Shown here piece by piece: positions 1-10,189 of a stretch of DNA of 64,000 bases. The stretch spans positions 4,134 to 68,133 of the forward strand of contig CAVKNZ010000003.1 of assembly GCA_963657885.1 (NCBI GenBank). Direction: 5' to 3'. Position numbers and translations under genes: made by a program. How positions within the stretch are numbered: position 1 is the first letter of the stretch; every line of letters begins with the position of its first letter. Under the pieces are notes generated by a model. The model did no database searches, was not told the origin of the DNA, and saw only the letters and a program-made list of their open reading frames with translations. The DNA is from Bacteroidaceae bacterium. Its GTDB lineage: Bacteria; Bacillota_I; Bacilli_A; RFN20; CAG-826.

Positions 1-1610
1 TATATTCGAATAATATCCAGATAAAATACGCTTCTAAATTTAAGCGCAAGCAAATTATAAATAATTATCTAAATAAATATGACGAACCTACAAGATCGCT
101 TATTGGAGCTTTGCTATTTAATTATCGGAATTACGATAGTGAAGCGATAAGTTTAGCTACTGAATTAAATATTATTTTCCTTTTTTCATTAAGCGGAATA
201 TATCTGAGTTTTTTTATAAACGTTATAAAGAAAGTTCTATCTTTATTCTTAAATGAAACAGTTGCGACTCTTATCCCTATAATATTTTTGTTACCTTTGA
301 TGCTTTTTACTTTTACAAAAGTTGGAGCTTTAAGAGCGTATTTAATGTCTATTTTGACTTTGCTAAATAGAACATTATTGAAAAAACGTTTCAGCCGATT
401 ATCGCTCATTTCATTTTTAGGATTGACATTTTTATTAGTCGATTTTCATTTAATATATCAATCTAGTTTTTATGTTGGTTTTGCTCTATCTATATTCATA
501 CTCTTTATAAGGCATTCACTAGCTAAATTTAAAAAGAGTAAAAGAAGGCTTTTTACAAGCATATTTGTGATTCTTTTTATGCTACCAATTAGTAGTTCAC
601 TAGTATATAAATGGTATATTTTTTCACCAGTATTTCAATATTTATTAACGCCTATTAATCAAATTTATCTTTTTTTAAGTATTTTCTCTTTTTATATTCA
701 AGTTCCTTTTACGCATATTTTTTCGTTTATATCGAACTTTATCGTATTTTCGATGAAGCAATTTTCTGTAATCAATTTTGCAATCTACTATAACTCAGTT
801 TTCACCTATTTTGTGCCAATTTATTATGTATTATTGCTTCTTGTCATCATTGTTTTAGAGCAAAAAAGATTTCGCCATGTTAAAGTTAATTCTTTATTGC
901 TTACAACATCCTTATTATTTTGCTTTGTTCCGATTAAAATATACATCACAAATTCCATCTATTTTATCAATGTTGGACAAGGCGATTCTATTCTCATACA
1001 AAACAAAAATAATATAGTTATGATTGACACTGGAGGAAATACCTCTTTCGATATGGCTAGTGAAGTCTTAATTCCATTTTTGAATAGACACGAAATTAAA
1101 CATATTGACGCTCTTATAACAACGCACAACGACTTTGATCATGCTGGGGCAGCAAGCTCACTAATTTCTAAATTCAAAGTTAATGATTATTATACTTGTG
1201 AAAATTTTTCTTATTATGAGATCGGCGATATTAAGCTAAAGAACCTCAATCAATATAAAGCAAGTGATGAAAACGATAACTCCCTTGTTTTTAATCTTTC
1301 TTTCCTTTCGTCGAAATTTTTGCTAATGGGTGATGCAAGTGTCAATGTTGAAAAATATTTAATCGAAAACAAACTTGATATTGACGCGGATTATTTAAAA
1401 GTAGGGCACCATGGTAGTAAAACTTCAACATCTGATGAATTTTTAAGACTTGTTTCGCCTAAGGAAGCTATTATTTCTGTGGGAAGAAAGAATAGATATG
1501 GTCATCCAAATAAAGAAGTTATTGATAGACTCAATAAATATAAGGTGAAAATAAGGAGAACCGACCAAGAAGGAACGTTAGTTTATAGCCAATACAATTT
1601 TTCTTATTAA
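1..1610 (+). CDS. comEC: ComEC/Rec2 DNA-internalisation channel; 5' end lies upstream of the window
   Basis: The frame of the 111..1610 ORF stays open back to nt 3. Polytopic hydrophobic region followed by a C-terminal metallo-beta-lactamase domain (INVGQGDS, DTGG, HNDFDHAGA, VGHHGSKTS). Followed by holA and rpsT, as in Bacillus. Confidence 0.85.
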   Translation, partial: YSNNIQIKYASKFKRKQIINNYLNKYDEPTRSLIGALLFNYRNYDSEAISLATELNIIFLFSLSGIYLSFFINVIKKVLSLFLNETVATLIPIIFLLPLMLFTFTKVGALRAYLMSILTLLNRTLLKKRFSRLSLISFLGLTFLLVDFHLIYQSSFYVGFALSIFILFIRHSLAKFKKSKRRLFTSIFVILFMLPISSSLVYKWYIFSPVFQYLLTPINQIYLFLSIFSFYIQVPFTHIFSFISNFIVFSMKQFSVINFAIYYNSVFTYFVPIYYVLLLLVIIVLEQKRFRHVKVNSLLLTTSLLFCFVPIKIYITNSIYFINVGQGDSILIQNKNNIVMIDTGGNTSFDMASEVLIPFLNRHEIKHIDALITTHNDFDHAGAASSLISKFKVNDYYTCENFSYYEIGDIKLKNLNQYKASDENDNSLVFNLSFLSSKFLLMGDASVNVEKYLIENKLDIDADYLKVGHHGSKTSTSDEFLRLVSPKEAIISVGRKNRYGHPNKEVIDRLNKYKVKIRRTDQEGTLVYSQYNFSY

Positions 1611-1631
1611 GAAGGTGCAAATTGATTTATT

Positions 1632-2600
1632 TTGTTTGATAATTATTCTATGAATTACATTCTTTATGGTAAACAATATCCAATGATAAAAAAACGCTTG
1701 GATAAAGTTTTAAAAGAACGCATCGGTGAAATCGACGATTTCAATGTCTCTAAATACGATCTTGAAAATGTCGATTTAGATGAAGCAATAGATGATGCTT
1801 ATTCTCTGCCTTTAGGCTATGAAAGGAAGGCGGTTATTTTTGATAATGTTAGCTTTCTTTCTAAAGGCGCTAAAAAGGACGATGTTAAGAAGGTTTTAGA
1901 ATTAGTCAGTATTCCTAACAAAGCTATAGATTTATTTTTCATTTATAGAGATGAAGATATCGATAAAAAATCGCCAATTTATGAAGCTATTGAAAAAGAT
2001 GGCGTTGTATATAATTTCATGGATTTATCTAAAAATGATTGGGACAAATATGTTCGAAAATATTTCTCAGATCGAGAAGTTAAAATCGATGATGATGCAA
2101 TCAACGAATTGATTTTAAGAGTAAATGGCGATTTAAATAAATTTATTAACGAAGCTGATAAACTCTGTTTATACAAAAAAGAAATTAAGCTTGTTGATAT
2201 TGTTTTAATGGTATCTAAGCCTCTTGAGGATAATGCTTTTGAAATGTGCAATGCTTTGCTTAAAGGTGATAACGCGATTGCTTTATCAATTTATCGCGAT
2301 TTAAAGATGCTTGGTTCAAGAGCTACTGATTCATTGATTCCTCTTTTATCAAGTCAATTCAGATTCATTTCTCAAGTTTTTTATCTTTACGCTAAAGGAT
2401 TCGATGCTGATGAAATTGCTAATGAATTAAAGGCGAATAGATATCGCGTCATTCAATCTTTAAAATTGAAATCTCATCTAAAAATCATTGATGTGGCTCG
2501 AGCTTTAGATGATTTATATTATCTAGATTACAACATTAAAAGCGGCCAGATTGACCGCTTCTATGGGTTTGAATTATTTTTAATCAATTTTCCTAATTAA
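1632..2600 (+). CDS. holA: DNA polymerase III delta subunit
   Basis: A 322-aa ORF of delta-subunit size and character, sitting between comEC and rpsT exactly as B. subtilis holA (yqeN) does. Start is uncertain: TTG at 1632 or ATG at 1650 (MNYILYGKQ). Confidence 0.7.
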   Translation: MFDNYSMNYILYGKQYPMIKKRLDKVLKERIGEIDDFNVSKYDLENVDLDEAIDDAYSLPLGYERKAVIFDNVSFLSKGAKKDDVKKVLELVSIPNKAIDLFFIYRDEDIDKKSPIYEAIEKDGVVYNFMDLSKNDWDKYVRKYFSDREVKIDDDAINELILRVNGDLNKFINEADKLCLYKKEIKLVDIVLMVSKPLEDNAFEMCNALLKGDNAIALSIYRDLKMLGSRATDSLIPLLSSQFRFISQVFYLYAKGFDADEIANELKANRYRVIQSLKLKSHLKIIDVARALDDLYYLDYNIKSGQIDRFYGFELFLINFPN

Positions 2601-2860
2601 TTTAAAGAATTAACTAATTTGGCTAATGCTGCTTTCTTGCGGTTAGCAGTATTGCGAGCATAGACACCATCGGTTACGCTCTTATCAATTAGACGTGTTG
2701 CAACTTTTAATGCTTCATTTGCAGCGGCAACATCTTTCTTTTCAACAGCAATGCGAACTTTTTTGCTTTCTGTAGCAATTCGGCTACGAACGCTGACATT
2801 GCGAACTCGTGCTTTTTCGTTGGTTTTTATTCTTTTAATTTGGGATTTAATTTGAGCCAT
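2597..2860 (-). CDS. rpsT: 30S ribosomal protein S20
   Basis: MAQIKSQIKRIKTNEKARVRN... is a typical S20 N-terminus. I chose the ATG at 2860, preceded by AGAGGTAG, rather than the upstream ORF-track start at 2890. Confidence 0.9.
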   Translation of the reverse strand: MAQIKSQIKRIKTNEKARVRNVSVRSRIATESKKVRIAVEKKDVAAANEALKVATRLIDKSVTDGVYARNTANRKKAALAKLVNSLN

Positions 2861-2925
2861 TTTTCTTACTACCTCTTTTTTATATCGCAAATAAGTTTAT
2901 CAAACTTAATAGTTTTGAACAACTC

Positions 2926-4926
2926 TTATTTATTTTTTTGTTTTCCTTTCAAAGAAAGGATTTCTTCAGTAAAGTCGTTAACACTTGTTAGAAGCGCATA
3001 TTTTTCTTCTGGAATAGTGATGCCGAATTCTTTGTTGATTGTATCAATTAATTCAACATAAGACATCGAGTCGCCTCCTAAATTGTTAATCCAGTGATCA
3101 TCATCTCCAACTTTGACAATAGGAAGGATGAGAATTTTCGCGAATATTTTTCTTACTTTCTTAACGATAGGTTCAACTTCTTCTTTTGTGTAGCCATCGA
3201 ATTTTTTGATTTTTTTCTTCATCGAGAAATCGACAAATAAATCCGCTTGTTCACTTAAGAATTGTTTTACTCTAAAACGTTTGACCTTCATTGAAGCGGT
3301 TAACGGTAGGCGGTTCTTGCTAATTAAGAATTTTTCTACTCGTTTTTCATTTGGCAATGTGAGATTGATTTCATCGCATTTCTTTTTGATGACTTCTAAA
3401 TCTTCTTCTCCGACATCGCTTGTGATTTCTAACACGCAAGTTATTGCTTCATGATGCGCGCCTTTTTTGACACCAATAACGCAAACTTTGTTTACGCCTG
3501 GAACAGCTTTAAAGTAATCTTCGATTTCATCAGGATAAACGTTTTCACCGTTGGTGTTGATGATGACATCTTTGATGCGACCTTTTAAATAGTAGTGGCC
3601 TGTTTCATCAACAGAAGCGATATCGCCTGTGCGAAGATAGCCATCTTCTAGTGCTGGCTTTTGTTTGATGCCATCGATAATTTCTAAGTAATGGGTGATT
3701 GGCGATTTTATCATTAATTCGCCTGTATTTGGTTCAATAGTTGTTGTTCCAACAAGCTTATATTCAACGCCGTGAAGAGGATGACCGATACTTCCTTTTA
3801 AACGTTGTTCGACATTCATCGATAATTCAACTGAAGTAACACCGACTTCAGTCATGCCGAAGCCGTTATATAAAGGATAGCCAATACCATTAATGGTATT
3901 TAATGTATCTAAAGATAGATATCCTCCTCCAGAAATGCAGTAACGAATTTTCTTTCCTAATAGTTGACTTTGAACCGCAGATAAGCTCATTGCGTAGGCG
4001 CTGCTACCAGCTTCATCGCTTGATATCTTTTTGGTGTGATAGGCAATCATCTTGGCAAGCATATCGACTTTCTTTTTACCTTCGAGTTCGGCTTTTCTAT
4101 TAATTTGTTGAGCTAGTGAATCCCAGAAGAGTGGCACGCTATAAATGTGCGTGACGCCACATTTTTGTGATACGTTTGCTATTTCTTTAGGCGATAAGTC
4201 TTTTGGAAAAACAATATTTTTGCCAAAGAACGTATACCATAAAAAGACTGCGACAAAGCCAAAGATGTGGTGAAACGGAATGATAGCTAAGATATTTATT
4301 TCTCCAGGATACATGATATCTTTTGTCTCTTCCGCCATATCTAGCGCAGCAGCAATTTGATGACACATATTTGCTCCGTTATAGACCATGAGTTTTACAT
4401 TACCCGTTGTTCCGGAAGAACAGAAAATGATATCGTTAGCCCATTTTGTGGCAAATTTAAAGTTCACTTTTGTTTCTTTTAAAGCGGTTATGTTGACATT
4501 TATCACATCGTAAGTTGATATTTCGTGAGTGATAATCGCTCCAGCATTTGATTCTTTTAAAAGAAGTTCGGTATTTTCTTTTGGTAGCTTTGAATCAATT
4601 AAAAAAGGAATGTATCCGCTCATCAAGATTCCCCAGAAAATAAGTGGCCAATCTGGACAATTGTGAAGTTTCAAAGCGACAACTGAATCTAATGGTAGGT
4701 TTTTTAATTTCTCGGATATCCTCGAGGCAAATTCAAAACAATATGAGCGGTAATGCTTATATTTTATTGAAATAGTTTTGCCCTTTTCATTGATCCAGGT
4801 GAGAGCTTTTTCTTTTTTGTGAAGTGATGTAGCTTTATTGAAAATATCCTGCATCGTCTTCGATGTTTTTAATAAATCTTCCGCGGATGAGAAGAATTGT
4901 TTGACTTGTTTATATTCGTTGTACAT
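2926..4926 (-). CDS. Adenylate-forming enzyme (acyl-AMP/acyl-CoA ligase family) fused to a C-terminal carrier-protein domain (A-T didomain)
   Basis: Adenylation cores are present: SSGTTGNVKLMV, NGFGMTE, TGDIASVDETGHYYLKGRIKDVIINTNGENVYPDEIE, and MKVKRF. The C-terminal ~80 aa carry the phosphopantetheine motif LGGDSMSYVELI. The ATG at 4926 is preceded by GAGG-N6; the ORF track's GTG at 4953 is less likely. Confidence 0.8.
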   Translation of the reverse strand: MYNEYKQVKQFFSSAEDLLKTSKTMQDIFNKATSLHKKEKALTWINEKGKTISIKYKHYRSYCFEFASRISEKLKNLPLDSVVALKLHNCPDWPLIFWGILMSGYIPFLIDSKLPKENTELLLKESNAGAIITHEISTYDVINVNITALKETKVNFKFATKWANDIIFCSSGTTGNVKLMVYNGANMCHQIAAALDMAEETKDIMYPGEINILAIIPFHHIFGFVAVFLWYTFFGKNIVFPKDLSPKEIANVSQKCGVTHIYSVPLFWDSLAQQINRKAELEGKKKVDMLAKMIAYHTKKISSDEAGSSAYAMSLSAVQSQLLGKKIRYCISGGGYLSLDTLNTINGIGYPLYNGFGMTEVGVTSVELSMNVEQRLKGSIGHPLHGVEYKLVGTTTIEPNTGELMIKSPITHYLEIIDGIKQKPALEDGYLRTGDIASVDETGHYYLKGRIKDVIINTNGENVYPDEIEDYFKAVPGVNKVCVIGVKKGAHHEAITCVLEITSDVGEEDLEVIKKKCDEINLTLPNEKRVEKFLISKNRLPLTASMKVKRFRVKQFLSEQADLFVDFSMKKKIKKFDGYTKEEVEPIVKKVRKIFAKILILPIVKVGDDDHWINNLGGDSMSYVELIDTINKEFGITIPEEKYALLTSVNDFTEEILSLKGKQKNK

Positions 4927-4957
4927 TTTTGACCTCAGTTTCTTTATACTCACTCAA

Positions 4958-4986
4958 TTGAAAATGAGCGATAACTTTTTTATAAT
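4958..4986 (+). promoter_or_regulatory. Sigma-A type promoter, TTGAAA-N17-TATAAT, 10 nt upstream of the fmt ATG
   Basis: TTGAAA at 4958-4963 and TATAAT at 4981-4986. There is no Shine-Dalgarno sequence between the -10 box and the ATG at 4997. Confidence 0.6.
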
Positions 4987-4996
4987 AACTTACGTT

Positions 4997-5932
4997 ATGA
5001 AAAAAGAGAATAATTATCGTTTAATTTTTATGGGAACACCTTTGATAGCTTCGAAAGTGTTTGAGGCACTTATTGAAGATGGTTTTCATTTTGTGGCGTT
5101 GATCTGCCAAGAAGATAAAGCGGTTGGTCGAAAAGCTGTTTTAGAAGCGCCGCCAACAAAAGTGGTGGCTTTAAAACACAATATTCCAGTTTTTCAGCCT
5201 CATAAAATTCGTTTAGATTATGAATTTGTCAAAGATTTAAAACCGGATTTAATTTTAACGATGGCCTATGGCCAAATAGTCCCTCAAGCTCTTTTAGATA
5301 TACCAAAATATGGGTGCTTAAATTTGCATGGCTCTCTTCTTCCAAAATATCGTGGAGCTGCGCCTATACAAAGAGCGATAATCGATGGCGAAAAGAAAAC
5401 AGGCATCACCTTGATGGAAATGGTCGATAAGATGGATGCTGGAAAAATGTATGCTAAAGAAGAAATAGATATCGCTGACGATGATAACTATACATCGCTT
5501 TGCGATAAAATGGCTGATGCCGCTATAAAAGTCTGCAAAGAAAATCTTTTGAATTACTTTGAAGGTAAATTAGTTGGAATAGAGCAAGATGAATCACTTG
5601 TCAGCATCGCGAATAAAATAAAACCTGAAAATGAAAAGCTCGATTTATCGCTTGGATTTCGCGATTTTATTAACTATGTTCGTGGATTATCTAATGAACC
5701 AGGAGCGTATCTATTTTTAAACGATAAAAAACTAAAGATTTATAAAGCTCATATTGTCAATGAAGAAGCACAAACTGAAGTTGGAAAATTAAGAGTTCAT
5801 AAAGGTGTTTTTCTTTCTTTAAAAGATGGAATTATATCTTTAGATATCCTTCAAATAGAAGGCAAAAAGAAAATGGATGGTAAAAGCTTTGCAAATGGCA
5901 ATGTCTTTTACGATGGAAATTATCTACATTAA
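4997..5932 (+). CDS. fmt: Methionyl-tRNA formyltransferase
   Basis: MKKENNYRLIFMGTP... with NLHGSLLPKYRGAAPIQRAI. At 311 aa this is the typical Fmt length. The ORF-track start at 4838 adds 53 non-homologous residues that overlap the divergent gene. Confidence 0.9.
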   Translation: MKKENNYRLIFMGTPLIASKVFEALIEDGFHFVALICQEDKAVGRKAVLEAPPTKVVALKHNIPVFQPHKIRLDYEFVKDLKPDLILTMAYGQIVPQALLDIPKYGCLNLHGSLLPKYRGAAPIQRAIIDGEKKTGITLMEMVDKMDAGKMYAKEEIDIADDDNYTSLCDKMADAAIKVCKENLLNYFEGKLVGIEQDESLVSIANKIKPENEKLDLSLGFRDFINYVRGLSNEPGAYLFLNDKKLKIYKAHIVNEEAQTEVGKLRVHKGVFLSLKDGIISLDILQIEGKKKMDGKSFANGNVFYDGNYLH

Positions 5933-5937
5933 TTGCT

Positions 5938-8268
5938 ATGCAAAAACATTTCGAACTATCTGTCCATGAATTAGTCGATTTTTTGCTTAGAAAAGGCGAT
6001 ATTGACAATCGCATCTACAATCAGTCGACGATGCAAGAAGGTAGTGCGATTCACTCTATCTATCAGTCTAAGCGCAGCGGAAATTACATAAGCGAATATT
6101 TTCTTAAAGAAAAATTTGACGTTGAGGACTTCACTTTTTCTTTAGAAGGTCGAGCTGATGGAATATTTACTAAGAACGATAAGTATTACGTTGAAGAAAT
6201 AAAGTCGACGACTGATGATTTAAACAATTATTTTGAAAGTCAAAAGGATTGGCATTTAGGGCAGGCAAAATGCTATGCCTTAATGCTAGCTCACGAAAAA
6301 GGACTTGATGAAGTTAAGATTAAATTAACTTACATAAACCAGCTAAATCAAAAGGTGAAATTGTATAAGTATTTTTCTTTTAGTAGTGATGAGCTTGAAA
6401 GCGATGTCTATTCCTACATGCGAGATTATTTAAATTTCTTTAGGATTATTTATCAACGAACTCTTCGCCGCGATGAAAGTGTTAAAGATTTACCTTTTCC
6501 ATTTGCTAAATTTCGTAAAGGTCAACGCGAATTGGCAAAATATGCTTACAAGGTCGCTTATGATGGAGGAGTTTTATTCGCTGAGGCTCCAACCGGAATT
6601 GGTAAGACAATGTCTACTTTATATCCATCGGTTAAAAGCTTTGCCGGAGGAATAAATCAAAAGATTTTTTATTTGACTGCAAAAACATCAGGAAAAGAAG
6701 CGGCTTATCAAGCGGTGAAACAACTTAAAGAAGTGGGGCTAGATGCCAGCGAAATTATCATAACGGCCAAAGACAAGGTTTGCCCATTAGAAAAGCCAAG
6801 CTGCAATCCAGATGATTGTCCATTTGCAAAAGATTATTACAGCAAATTAAAAGATGTCATGCTTTCTTCTATTAAAAAATATGATTCATTTTCTAAAGAA
6901 ACCATCTTAAAAATTGCTAGTGAAAATATGATGTGTCCTTTTGAATTGTCGCTAGATTTATCGCTTTTAATGGATATCATCATCTGCGATTATAACTATT
7001 TCTTTGATCCGTTTGTTTATTTAAAAAGATATTTTGATGGTGCGACAACCAATGATGTTGTACTAGTGGATGAAGCTCACAATTTAGTGGATAGAGGACG
7101 CGAAATGTATAGCGCATCTTTATCGCGTCGCTTATTTTTTAAAGCCAGGAAATGCTTAGGCAACATTAATCATCCTAAAATTAAAATTGCAGTTAAAAAG
7201 ATTGTGCAGTTCTTCGATGCATACGCATCTATGGAAGGTGAAACAAATATTCCCTTGTTTTCGCGAAATATATTGCTCGATTTTGATAAATTCAATGTTG
7301 CCGCCATCGACGTTTTAAAGCATTTCCAAAAAGATGTAAACCAAGAATTTGTCGATTTTTCCTTTGAGTTGATGCGCTTTAGAAAACTTTTAGATTATTA
7401 CGATTCTTCTTTCTCTTTGTCAGTTAAAAATAATGAATACGATTTGACATTTAATTTGTTTTGCCTTGATCCAAGCGAGTTTTTATCCTCAACTTTAAAG
7501 AAAGCTAGAAGCAAAATTATTTTTTCTGCCACATTATCGCCATCTGAATATTATCTAAGAATGATTGGTAACGACAATCAATTGCCGATGCTATCACTAA
7601 AATCTCCTTTTCAAAAAGAAAATCTATGCGTCATGGTTGCCCCTAAAATATCTGTCAAATATAAAGATAGAGATAGCACGATGGCTAAAGTCAGCGAATG
7701 TATTAAAAGTGCGGTGAAGATGAAAACTGGCAACTATATCATCTATGCTCCGAGCTTTGAATATCTCAATAAGTTACTACCGTATTTAAGTTTTGATGAC
7801 ACAGAGCTTATTGTTCAGCAAAAAGATATGAGCGAATCAGAGAAAGAATCTTTTCTTGCTCACTTTGAAAATGAACCAAAAAGAAGTGTCGTCGCTTTAG
7901 CTGTTGTCGGCGGTGCTTTCAGCGAAGGTATCGATTTAGTAAGCGACCGATTAATCGGAGTTATCATCATCGGCGTGGGCTTTCCACAGATTTGCTTTGA
8001 AAGAGAAAGAATAAAAGAATATTTCGATTTAAACGAAGAAAAAGGGTTCGTTTATAGCTATATCAATCCTGGCATCAATAAAATCATGCAAGCTGTTGGA
8101 CGCGTGATTAGAAGCGAATCTGATAGAGGAATGGCTCTACTTATCGATGATCGTTATTTAAATTCAACGTATCGTGAATTGTTTGCTAATCACTGGAACA
8201 ACTATAGAGTTGTGACCTCTAAAGAAGATATTGAAAAAATCTTAACTAAATTTTGGGAAGAACATTGA
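5938..8268 (+). CDS. XPD/DinG-family (Rad3-like) Fe-S helicase with an N-terminal PD-(D/E)XK nuclease-like domain
   Basis: The first ~130 aa carry GRADGI...VEEIKST...QAKCYA (D / ExK / QxxxY). Helicase motifs follow: Walker A APTGIGKT, four Cys (VCPLE, SCNPDD, DCPFA, MMCPFE), DEAH box VDEAHNL, and the C-terminal motifs GGAFSEGIDL and QAVGRVIRS. Confidence 0.8.
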   Translation: MQKHFELSVHELVDFLLRKGDIDNRIYNQSTMQEGSAIHSIYQSKRSGNYISEYFLKEKFDVEDFTFSLEGRADGIFTKNDKYYVEEIKSTTDDLNNYFESQKDWHLGQAKCYALMLAHEKGLDEVKIKLTYINQLNQKVKLYKYFSFSSDELESDVYSYMRDYLNFFRIIYQRTLRRDESVKDLPFPFAKFRKGQRELAKYAYKVAYDGGVLFAEAPTGIGKTMSTLYPSVKSFAGGINQKIFYLTAKTSGKEAAYQAVKQLKEVGLDASEIIITAKDKVCPLEKPSCNPDDCPFAKDYYSKLKDVMLSSIKKYDSFSKETILKIASENMMCPFELSLDLSLLMDIIICDYNYFFDPFVYLKRYFDGATTNDVVLVDEAHNLVDRGREMYSASLSRRLFFKARKCLGNINHPKIKIAVKKIVQFFDAYASMEGETNIPLFSRNILLDFDKFNVAAIDVLKHFQKDVNQEFVDFSFELMRFRKLLDYYDSSFSLSVKNNEYDLTFNLFCLDPSEFLSSTLKKARSKIIFSATLSPSEYYLRMIGNDNQLPMLSLKSPFQKENLCVMVAPKISVKYKDRDSTMAKVSECIKSAVKMKTGNYIIYAPSFEYLNKLLPYLSFDDTELIVQQKDMSESEKESFLAHFENEPKRSVVALAVVGGAFSEGIDLVSDRLIGVIIIGVGFPQICFERERIKEYFDLNEEKGFVYSYINPGINKIMQAVGRVIRSESDRGMALLIDDRYLNSTYRELFANHWNNYRVVTSKEDIEKILTKFWEEH

Positions 8269-8292
8269 AAAATATATTAATATATAACCATT

Positions 8293-10104
8293 ATGGATTT
8301 TGATAGACGCTACATTAGAAATTTCTCAATCATTGCTCATATTGATCATGGCAAGTCAACTTTAGCTGATCGCATTTTAGAATTGACTGATACAGTTTCA
8401 AAAAGAGAGATGAAAGATCAATTTCTCGATTCTATGGATTTAGAGCGAGAAAGAGGAATCACTATCAAACTAAATGCTGTCACAATTAAATATCGTGCGG
8501 ATGATGGACACGATTATTTATTCAATTTAATAGACACTCCGGGGCATGTTGACTTCTCTTACGAGGTTTCTCGTTCGCTTGCCGCTTGTGAAGGCTGTCT
8601 TTTAGTAGTTGATGCTTCTCAAGGAGTAGAGGCCCAAACCTTAGCGAATGTTTATTTAGCAGTCGACAATAATCTAGAAATTATTCCTGTCATCAATAAA
8701 ATTGATCTTCCTAGCGCAATGCCAGAAGTAGCGATTAAAGAAATCGAAGAACGAATCGGCATTCCTTGCGATTCAGCCTGCTTAGTAAGCGCCAAAACTG
8801 GCAAAGGTGTAAAAGACGTTTTAGAAGCAATTGTAAAATACATTCCTTCTCCAAAAGGAGACCCAAATGCTCCTTTACAAGCCCTTATTTTCGATTCTTT
8901 CTACGATTCCTTTAGAGGAGTTATTATTTTGGTTTGCATCAAAAATGGCACTGTCAAAGTCGGAGACACAATCACTTTGATGGCGGCTAACACTGATTAT
9001 TTAGTTACTGAAGTGGGCATCAGAACTCCGAAAGAGTTAAAGAAAAATGAATTAAGCGCTGGCGAAGTCGGCTATATTGCAGCTCAAATTAAAAATATTA
9101 AAGATGTATTTCCAGGAGAAACGGTTACTCTTAAGAGTAATCCTGCTAAATTTGCCTTGCCTGGTTATCGAAAAATGAATCCGATGGTCTACTGCGGTTT
9201 ATATCCTGTTGATAGCAAAAAGTTTTTAGATTTAAAAGATGCGTTAGAGAAATTATCTTTAAATGATGCTTCACTTGTCTTTGAAGCTGAAACTTCGCAA
9301 GCTTTAGGTTTTGGCTTTCGATGTGGTTTTTTAGGTCTTCTGCATATGGACGTTGTTCAAGAACGTCTTGAAAGAGAATATGGATTAGATTTAATTTTGA
9401 CCGCCCCAAGTGTCATTTATCATATCTATCTCACCAAAGGTGAAATGATTGAATTAGATAATCCTTCTAAACTTCCAGATGTTACCCTCATTAAAGAAAT
9501 CCAAGAACCGTATGTCAAGGCGGAAATCATGACACCTAAAGAATATGTCGGTCCTGTTATGGAGCTGTGCCAAAATAGACGAGGCATCTATAAAGATCTT
9601 CAATATTTTGATGATACGAGAATGGTGGTCACTTACGAATTACCTCTTTCGGAAATTGTTTACAATTTCTTCGATAAACTTAAAAGTTACACAAAAGGTT
9701 ACGCTTCTTTTGACTATGAATTCTCCGGCTATAAGCCAGGTCAGCTCGCTAAGATGGATATTTTGTTAAATGGGGAAGTTATCGATGCTTTATCAATTAT
9801 CGTACATCGTAGTACAGCCTATGAAAGAGGAAGCATTGTCGTTAGAAAATTAAAAGATATCATCCCGCGTCAACAGTTCGAAGTGCCTGTACAAGCAGCG
9901 ATAAATGGCAAAGTAATTGCCCGCGCTGATATTAAAGCTGTCCGTAAAGATGTTTTAGCTAAGTGCTATGGTGGAGATATATCTCGAAAACGCAAACTTC
10001 TTGAAAAGCAAAAAGAAGGTAAGAAGCGCATGAAAGCTATTGGCTCGGTGGAAGTTCCTCAGGAAGCATTCATGAGTGTTCTCTCAATTGATGATGACGA
10101 TTAA
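8293..10104 (+). CDS. lepA: Elongation factor 4 (LepA)
   Basis: [34 protein letters not shown] and the characteristic LepA C-terminal domain. 603 aa. Confidence 0.97.
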   Translation: MDFDRRYIRNFSIIAHIDHGKSTLADRILELTDTVSKREMKDQFLDSMDLERERGITIKLNAVTIKYRADDGHDYLFNLIDTPGHVDFSYEVSRSLAACEGCLLVVDASQGVEAQTLANVYLAVDNNLEIIPVINKIDLPSAMPEVAIKEIEERIGIPCDSACLVSAKTGKGVKDVLEAIVKYIPSPKGDPNAPLQALIFDSFYDSFRGVIILVCIKNGTVKVGDTITLMAANTDYLVTEVGIRTPKELKKNELSAGEVGYIAAQIKNIKDVFPGETVTLKSNPAKFALPGYRKMNPMVYCGLYPVDSKKFLDLKDALEKLSLNDASLVFEAETSQALGFGFRCGFLGLLHMDVVQERLEREYGLDLILTAPSVIYHIYLTKGEMIELDNPSKLPDVTLIKEIQEPYVKAEIMTPKEYVGPVMELCQNRRGIYKDLQYFDDTRMVVTYELPLSEIVYNFFDKLKSYTKGYASFDYEFSGYKPGQLAKMDILLNGEVIDALSIIVHRSTAYERGSIVVRKLKDIIPRQQFEVPVQAAINGKVIARADIKAVRKDVLAKCYGGDISRKRKLLEKQKEGKKRMKAIGSVEVPQEAFMSVLSIDDDD

Positions 10105-10130
10105 TAGTCATTATTTAGTTTAAAATTAGT
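10104..10130 (-). repeat. Phased pentamer repeat, copy E (ACTAA-N6-ACTAA-N6-ACTAT read on the minus strand)
   Basis: The + strand reads ATAGTcattatTTAGTttaaaaTTAGT, with pentamers at 10104, 10115 and 10126 (11-bp period). It begins on the last base of the lepA stop codon. Confidence 0.7.
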
Positions 10131-10189
10131 ATATTCTTATTGTATAAGCTTTTAAAAAGTGCTAAATTGTTTTTAAAGGAGATGCTTTT

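Noticed and set aside
4838-4996. Upstream extensions of ORF-track starts. Examples: fmt at 4838, hrcA at 13527, the ABC-F gene at 18766, glyQS at 28591, ispH at 35478, parE at 41689, yqeH at 46772, hemW at 11822 and rpsT at 2890.
   Set aside because: The extended N-termini are non-homologous and often overlap neighbouring genes or regulatory sites. Conserved N-termini begin at internal ATGs, several of them preceded by clear SD sequences.
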